A stretch of DNA of 32,000 bases, from assembly GCF_900232105.1 (NCBI RefSeq), contig NZ_LT934425.1, positions 1,140,001 to 1,172,000 on the forward strand. Reading direction: 5' to 3'. The position numbers and the translations under genes are program-made. The DNA is from Candidatus Kuenenia stuttgartensis. Lineage in GTDB: Bacteria; Planctomycetota; Brocadiia; Brocadiales; Brocadiaceae. Under the pieces are notes generated by a model. It was not told the DNA's origin and did not search any database. It saw only the letters and a list, made by a program, of their open reading frames with translations. Positions 20,001-26,000 of the stretch are shown here, piece after piece; the stretch's first letter is position 1, and each line of letters starts with the position of its first letter.

Positions 20001-20216
20001 GTGTTTCCGCTCATTAAGCCACATCTTTATCAGCTCTGCCTGCTTCTGTTTCACCCCTTCCAGGTTACGCACCAACACACCTTCCAGGTCAGATTTGGCC
20101 TTGGGGAATGCGAAAAAAAGAAGCAGCAACAACGGCGTAAATGAACATAATAACAATATTAAAATGAAACTTTTTTTTATGGATTTAAATAAAAACATAA
20201 TCTGTGTTTTTAACAA
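17016..20216 (-). CDS. Membrane sensor histidine kinase (dCache-HAMP-PAS-GAF-PAS-HisKA-HATPase_c)
   Basis: 'RITSPIYEITEVTKKITGGDLGQRV' HAMP; 'AAAIAHEIRNPLGAICNSV' H-box; 'QILWNLFINSLDAMPDGG' N-box; 'ISDNGIGM', 'TTKSEGTGLGLSVVQRI'. Stop lies about 10 bp upstream of the response regulator start. Confidence 0.93.
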   Translation of the reverse strand: MLKTQIMFLFKSIKKSFILILLLCSFTPLLLLLFFAFPKAKSDLEGVLVRNLEGVKQKQAELIKMWLNERKHEAKMITKNISVSFASAISGDDFSALSAYTEKIKNEYGYKTIGVVSLEESVVASAPKPAERSNRYAEYCREALMGEMETSGITPFFMEDEAGRSAESYVIFLSAPILKPDNSLLGAVVFGIDTTPLNDILKNVKLGATGETFLINREGYMVTESRFLEELKNSGLIRRNTIFELKVLNPRTGMRTAGAAECLSGRDGYDTKGYINYNGCKVLGAWCWIADINCGLLTQINIHEGYETAYSLKNFVLSMLMVLAFPLTLAAFYFSRRITSPIYEITEVTKKITGGDLGQRVIYKERNDEIGKLAKEFNVMAASLEEKTIKLRNYTIDLENKVKERTLELQSTTNFLNSILAGSTEYSIIAQDLSGNILAFNKGASLIFGYRQEEMIGIANIRKLHVEEDIESGKVDFILEKAFKSGRFEGEVLKRRRNGEVFPVHDTATLRRSENGKPIGFVVISKDITKVKLIALEKDIINNINKTIASGIDIKAVYEAVFRELKRMIDITWLSVAYFPDGPEMFEESNIVDGVLLAKNWLGIQQLPGKTMAQDIVFEKGVPVFVADTSSGEYAFDNKLYEKEIHSYLCFPLKSKGESIGTLTLGSYKKNAFKEMHYDVLNQLTSQIAITIENARLFLSIKESEKKYRDLVENAPEMIHEIHPEGNFTDVNKTELNKLGYAIEEMKQMKLGDIVPAGYRDEIKRHINLIKETGSSELETVFLSKSGNEINVEIHGTGFYNRKTGECIFIREFVRDISERKRMEDQVRRSEKLASMGELAAAIAHEIRNPLGAICNSVGILDSHLKLSGQDMDLLEMIVGESERLDRIISDFLSFAHPREPSLVLQDIKGIIKNTIFLLGQDKRFTDKIEIKEIYETVLPKVYIDTDLIHQILWNLFINSLDAMPDGGRIRIVVRKTTLFLRNAIEIIISDNGIGMAEHEINKVFEPFYTTKSEGTGLGLSVVQRIIDEHGGTIDVKSKYGRGTAFYIKLPVMNEKQDVQGNLLAG

Positions 20217-20293
20217 GGTAAAAGAATACTTACGGGAAAATTAGGAACAAGCCGTAAGATGTTTGGTGTTTTCTCGTTTTTTTTGCGGCACAT

Positions 20294-21364
20294 TTATTCT
20301 TTCCTGTCGTGTTCCTTACTTTCTCCAGCCCGCTGTTCCAGCAAGGCTCTCGATTTCTCAATCGCTGCATGAAGTTTCTTTTCCAACAACTCTTTTGGAG
20401 GCAATTCGGTTAAATATTCTGCAATCTTAATGGAAGACTTGTTCAACTCCAGCAGTTCAATCTGTTCATGAGCACCTTCAGCACACAGGACCAGTCCAAG
20501 ATGGTCGTTCTCATCCTTTTCCTTTTCGTACTTCTTCAACCAGCGCAGGTAGAGTTCCATCTGTCCCTTGAAGGTAGCTTTAAACTTACCAAGTTTGAGT
20601 TCGACAGCCACCAACCGTTTCAGCTTACGGTGGTAAAAGAGTAAATCGAGGTAGAAGTCTTCGTTATCAATTGCCATTCGCTTCTGTCTGGCAACAAAGG
20701 TAAATCCTGCGCCAAGTTCCAGAATAAAAGATTCCAGTTCCCTTAGAATCGCAGCCTCCATGTCAGATTCGCTGTATATATCTTTCAGATTTAAAAAATC
20801 CAGCACGTAGGGATCACGAAAAACAAGGTCTGGTTATATTTTATCGTTAGAACGTAATTCAGCCAATTCGTGCTTTGCCAATTCTTCTGGTTTTCTGAAA
20901 ATAGCCGTGCGCTCATAAAGCATTGAATCGATCTTCTTGCGTAGGGTATGTACACTCCACCGATCTACCCTGCACATTTCAGTGTAAAACTCTCGTTGCA
21001 AAGGTTCTTTTAAGGGAATTAGTGCGATAAAATGAGTCCAGCTTAAATGCCGTATCAGCGATACGACAATCTCTTTGGATGGGTAAACATCTGCGAATTG
21101 AATCATTCTGCGCAGATTTTTTCCGGAAAAATTGTTGCCATATTCCAATATTAATTGTCGTGACAGTGATACGATAATCTCTCTGCCATATTCCGCCCGT
21201 TTTCCTTTCAGAATTTATTCATTAACCCGCTTTCCAATCTGCCAGTAAAGCATGGTTATAGCGGCATTGACCGTTGAGGCAACTGTATGGCGGGCTTCCT
21301 CGATAAGGCAACGAACGTCCTTATAAAAGTTGCTTACAACAATATCTTCCACATTTTTTTTCAT
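20294..21364 (-). pseudogene. DUF1016/YhcG-type PD-(D/E)XK nuclease family gene with two in-frame TAA codons
   Basis: Continuous frame reads MKKNVEDIVVSNFYKDVRCLIEEARHTVASTVNAAITMLYWQIGKRVNE*ILKGKRAEYGREIIVSLSRQLILEYGNNFSGKNLRRM...LRSNDKI*PDLVFRDPYVLDFLNLKDIYSESDME...VELKLGKFKATFKGQMELYL. Confidence 0.85.
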
Positions 21365-21451
21365 CACTTTATATCCTGCCCTGATTTTGTTTTGACCGAA
21401 CCTACCCTGAAGTGTATGTCCCTGACTATACCCCTCCGTACAGGAATATTT

Positions 21452-23215
21452 TCACCGGAGAACAACCTCTTCCTTATTATTCTTATTCCGATAAACAAGA
21501 TACAACAATCCGTCTGCCATTGAATAATTGTAAGGGAAGGGGCACAATGTCCCGCTTAATTTACTTATCATATAATTATACATTTCTTCCGCCTTTTGCG
21601 GGGACATACCCTCCTTCACTGCATATAAATACCCTAACCCCAGATCCTCGCCTATCGGTGACCGTATACTTGCCAAACCATACTCCGAAGGATTATTGAC
21701 AATCGGCGAATCCTTTTCCATACCAAACAATGACGGCAAACAAGAATATCCCGCAGAATGCAGATACTCTTCGTTCAGCACAAAGTCAAGTGTTTCCATC
21801 GCTTCATTTTCAGTCTCCGTTGGAAACCCCACTATGACGTAAAGGTGAAACGAAATGCCCGCTTTCAAACATTCATCCAGCGTTTTTTTTACTACATCGC
21901 GTTTTGTCCCCTTTTTCATTTTATCCAGCACACGTTGACAATACGACTCCAATCCAAACACCAGCTTTTGACACCCTGCTTCCGCCATTTTTTTCAAAAC
22001 GTCTCCGGTAAGGGCTTTTTCAAAACGCACGCCTCCCATCCATTTTATTTCATCCCTGCTTTCCAATAAGCATTGAGAAATTTCACGCAATTTATTCATC
22101 GGGACCGATTCATCCGTAAAGAAGAAACACTTTGTTTGGTATTCCCGTGAAAGTTTCTGTATATCTTCCATTATCAGGTCAGTGCGCCGTAACCGAAAGT
22201 TTCTATGGTCAAGGTGCAAATTACAAAAGGCACATTTCCTGTAATAGCAACCCCGCGAGGTCTGTATGGGCAAAACAAGAGAGGGGGTAAAGTAAAGAGA
22301 CAGAGGGAACCCTTTAAAATCAGGCGTCGGCAAGGTATTTAAATCTTCCGAAAAGTAATTATCGTTAATCTTTATAACGCCTTTTTCCCGGTAAACAAGA
22401 TTTGGCACCTTTTTGAAATCATTTTTGCCATCCACCTGCGCACACAATTCCAGTAGTGCGTGCTCTCCCTCAAAAACAATAAAGCTGTCCACCAGTGTAA
22501 AAAGTGAATCAACCTTTTTCAACTCCTCTATGAGTTTCGTAAAAACACTTCCGCCAACGGTGATGTGTATTTCCCTGTTTTGTTCTTTTATTAGCTTTGC
22601 AAGGGTAAGGCCAGGTATTATTTGCGAAGTGTTAGTAATAGAAATACCTACTATTTTTGGCGTCGCTTCCAAAATTGAGGACAGGACATATTCTTTATAA
22701 AGAGAGAGAAAAATATTTTCTCTCTCTGAATGGATTGCCTGCAAAATATCGTTCGAGGAATATACTGAAAACCTCATAGTGTTACTTACCGCCGTCATCA
22801 CTGAAGGATAAAAAAGGGACGACATAAGCCGAAGGGCTTCGTTCACAATATGGACGGCTTCCATATAGCTATCAAGGTGATAGAAAGCATCAGACCTCAA
22901 AATATTTTTTGCGCGTTCTACTTGATGTATGAACCACGGAAGTGCTTCCACTGCCTCTGTTAAAGCATTTCTCTCTTCATGATAATTGAGGCTGTTTATG
23001 AGACGTTCTTCTAAACCGCGTAATTTATCCGTAATTTTATTGTAAGATTCGCCACATGTTTTCTGCGTCAGAAGCATATCCAGCAGCTCGATATTCAAAT
23101 CTCTCTGTATAACATCGCTGACGCCGTTTTGTTTTAAAAAGGCAGTTAAGGAAGGCAGACTGAGATATGGTTGAGAAGGATGCCATGAAGGAGGAAAAAG
23201 CAACAAAACTTTCAT
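21452..23215 (-). CDS. B12-binding-domain-type radical SAM protein
   Basis: 'MKVLLLFPPSWHPSQPYLSLPSLTAFLKQNG' N-terminal B12-like domain; 'QTSRGCYYRKCAFCNLHLDHRNFRLR' cluster motif; 'LVFGLESYCQRVLDKMKKGT'; 'HLYVIVGFPTETENEAMETLDF'. Confidence 0.85.
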   Translation of the reverse strand: MKVLLLFPPSWHPSQPYLSLPSLTAFLKQNGVSDVIQRDLNIELLDMLLTQKTCGESYNKITDKLRGLEERLINSLNYHEERNALTEAVEALPWFIHQVERAKNILRSDAFYHLDSYMEAVHIVNEALRLMSSLFYPSVMTAVSNTMRFSVYSSNDILQAIHSERENIFLSLYKEYVLSSILEATPKIVGISITNTSQIIPGLTLAKLIKEQNREIHITVGGSVFTKLIEELKKVDSLFTLVDSFIVFEGEHALLELCAQVDGKNDFKKVPNLVYREKGVIKINDNYFSEDLNTLPTPDFKGFPLSLYFTPSLVLPIQTSRGCYYRKCAFCNLHLDHRNFRLRRTDLIMEDIQKLSREYQTKCFFFTDESVPMNKLREISQCLLESRDEIKWMGGVRFEKALTGDVLKKMAEAGCQKLVFGLESYCQRVLDKMKKGTKRDVVKKTLDECLKAGISFHLYVIVGFPTETENEAMETLDFVLNEEYLHSAGYSCLPSLFGMEKDSPIVNNPSEYGLASIRSPIGEDLGLGYLYAVKEGMSPQKAEEMYNYMISKLSGTLCPFPYNYSMADGLLYLVYRNKNNKEEVVLR

Positions 23216-23438
23216 TCTTTCACCTTTCTTACGCTTGTTTCATTGTGAGCGCCACGTCACGCAACGCTCATTGAACAACTATTCCATACATAACCCTATG
23301 CTTCAGCATGGATTATGTATAGCAGGCACTGCTTACCGGAAATTGGGCAGTTACGAAGTACGATTTGGGATTTACGATTTTAGATTTGGGATTTTAAATC
23401 GTACCTCATACTTCATACTTCATACTTCACAAATCCCT

Positions 23439-23476
23439 GCGGGATTGAAAGTATAAAACGTGTGGTTCCGGTTTGG
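23439..23476. repeat. Degenerate remnant of one end of the MITE-like element
   Basis: 'gcgggattgaaagtataaaacgtgtggttccggtttgg' resembles 'gcgggattgaacgtataaaacgtttggttcaggtta' of copy A. Confidence 0.5.
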
Positions 23477-23664
23477 TCTTTGCGTATTTGTGTGAATATT
23501 TTCATTCCCATTCGTGAGCAACAGTTCCTAATATTTAATTATACTACTTATTGCGCGTGATGGCAAAAGTACCTGTAGCGACAGGAGTTCCCCACCCCAC
23601 CGCCCGATACGGTTGCTGTCAGGAGGAAAACCCCTGACAGCGCAAAAAAACCACCTATTCTCAT

Positions 23665-24945
23665 TCACGGCAATAATTTCGGCGGCATTATTGACTCCAA
23701 ATTCAACGCCTCCCTCCCGCTCAAAACATTCATCTGTTTCTGCGATTGCGTCTTTACAGGCAAACCGTAAATCTTAATAAATCCAAGAGAAGCCGCATGG
23801 TCAAAGACGTCCGTTTTCTGGTAAGTAGCAAGTTCCTCACTATAAAGGGCGTGAGGCGATTTTCTCCCGACTACGGCACAAGACCCCTTTGACAATTTTA
23901 CGCGAATCGTTCCATTCACAATTCTCTGACTGCTCAATACATAAGCGACAAGATCCTGATGAAAGGCAGAAAACCAAAGGCCATTGTAAATCAAATCAGC
24001 ATAATGACTTGAAACTATTTCCTTAAAGCGCAAAGCATCTTTTGTCATATTCATGCCTTCGAGCGCCTTATGTGCGGCATGAAGTATAATGGCAGCCGGC
24101 GCCTCGTAAATTTCACGCGATTTTATCCCCACCAGCCGGTTTTCTATATGATCAATGCGGCCAACGCCATGCTCTCCCCCCAGTGCGTTTAGCGTATTAA
24201 TAAGCGCAACCCCTTCTGTTTTTTTGCCATTTAACGCTATCGGGATACCTTTTTCAAAATCGATTTCTATATATGCCGGTTCGTCAGGGACGTCTTTAAT
24301 ATTTCTCGTCCATTTATAAACATCCGCAGGCGGTTCCATCCAGGGGTCTTCCAATACGCCGCACTCAACACTTCGCCCCCAGAGGTTTTCATCGGTGCTG
24401 TACGGACTATTTACTTTTGCCTCAACATGGATTCCATGTTCTTCCGCATATTGAATTTCTTCATCCCTGGACATCTTCCACTCACGCAACGGGGCAATAA
24501 TCTGTAATCTCGGGTTTAACACCTGTAACGAGACATCCAAACGAACCTGATCATTCCCCTTACCTGTGCAACCATGGGCGACAGCATCCGCCTTTTCATC
24601 TTCTGCCGCATCCGCCAGTAATTTCGCAATAAGCGGCCTGCCCAAGGCGGTTGCCAACGGATACACCCCTTCATATAATGCGCCCGCCTGCAATGCCGGC
24701 ATGACGAAATATTTCACAAATGTATCTTTCGCATCGACAACAATGGCCTTCTTTGCCCCTATTTTCAAAGCCTTTTGACGAATTGATTCAAGATCTTTTA
24801 CGGCACCCAGATCAACAGTCACCGTAATAACATCCATATCATATTTTTCCGGAATCCACTTAATGGCCACAGATGTATCAAGCCCGCCGGAATACGCCAA
24901 AACCACTTTTTTTCTTTGTTTCGTCATAAAATCATTAAACTCCAA
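23665..24945 (-). CDS. argG: Argininosuccinate synthase
   Basis: '[19 protein letters not shown]', '[16 protein letters not shown]', '[21 protein letters not shown]', '[24 protein letters not shown]'-like core; full length 426 aa. Confidence 0.97.
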   Translation of the reverse strand: [426 protein letters not shown]

Positions 24946-25005
24946 GTGTTAAATTACACAATTTAGCTTACAGGCTTGTCAGCATGTTACACAAGATAGA
25001 TTTGC

Positions 25006-25044
25006 GATTTACGATTTAAAATCGTACCTCGTAAATCGTAAATC
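25006..25044. repeat. Inverted repeat GATTTACGATTTA ... TAAATCGTAAATC between CBS-domain gene and argG
   Basis: Perfect 13-bp arms read directly. Confidence 0.8.
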
Positions 25045-25058
25045 AAAATGCGGACGCC

Positions 25059-25514
25059 TTATCTTTTTTTGACAACCTTTGTCATGTACCGTAAAAGAAC
25101 CAAACGCGACACAATTCCCACCACCTTGCCGTCCCTTAACACGGGAACTGCGTGTATTTTTCTGTTCAACATGGCGGCTGCAACTTTTATTATGGTATCG
25201 TTCTCGCTGGCAGTAGCGGCCAAAATTGGTTTTGACATAATTTCGGTAATATCCATATCTTTGCACTCAAGACATCTTTTATCAAAATAATCTTCACCCA
25301 TAATTGAAAATAATGCGTCATCCGAATTTAAATATTTGGGCATAAGCACCTTTAAGAGGTCGGTCTCGGTTACAACCCCAACAAGTTTTTCCTTATCGTC
25401 CACCACAAATATGACGTGAAACCTGATTTTCCCAAGCATTTCCATTAGGTTGTAAAATGTACCAGAAGCAGGCACTACTGTTGGATCTGTAACCATAATG
25501 TCTCTGATTTTCAT
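25059..25514 (-). CDS. CBS-domain pair protein
   Basis: 'KIRDIMVTDPTVVPASGTFYNLMEMLGKIRFHVIFVVDDKEKLVGVVTETDLL' and 'ITEIMSKPILAATASENDTIIKVAAAMLNRKIHAVPVLRDGKVVGIVSRLVLLRY'. Confidence 0.9.
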   Translation of the reverse strand: MKIRDIMVTDPTVVPASGTFYNLMEMLGKIRFHVIFVVDDKEKLVGVVTETDLLKVLMPKYLNSDDALFSIMGEDYFDKRCLECKDMDITEIMSKPILAATASENDTIIKVAAAMLNRKIHAVPVLRDGKVVGIVSRLVLLRYMTKVVKKR

Positions 25515-25672
25515 ACGATATTCTCTCCCTTCCCTAAAAAAATAGTTTATTTATTTTGACAATGATGTGTTTTCCGGTTTTAAATAATTGAAGAAATGAA
25601 GGACATATTTTATATCAGATAGTAAAATGTGATTACAATAAAATTTTCATTTCCCGTATGGAAGTCGTTGGT

Positions 25673-25714
25673 CATTAGTCATTGGTCAGCAGTCAGCAGT
25701 CAGCAGTCAGCAGT
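25673..25714. repeat. Heptanucleotide tandem repeat (CATTAGT, CATTGGT, 4x CAGCAGT)
   Basis: Six consecutive 7-nt units, the last four identical. Confidence 0.85.
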
Positions 25715-26000
25715 TTAGTTTTTTAAAAAAGCAAAAGCGCTCGTTCCAAGTCTGTCCAGCTTGGGAACGAGATCGAAAAACGGGCAAATGCTTCGCCCCT
25801 ACAGTTTTACAATTCCCCCGGATCAGGGTTCTGCATTTAGGTTCTGGACTTTAAAATACCTCCCCCTTGTTTTTTTTGTTAACTTTATCAGAAAAAGGAA
25901 ATATCTTGAGAAGTATTGAAATATTTAGTTAACTAAAACAATCAATACATTCCTTATTCCTGCAAATAAAACAAATTTTCAATGTCCGGCACATATACCC

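Noticed and set aside
25673-25714. CAGCAGT array considered as a CRISPR fragment
   Set aside because: Units are 7 nt with no spacers; CRISPR repeats are much longer and separated by unique spacers.
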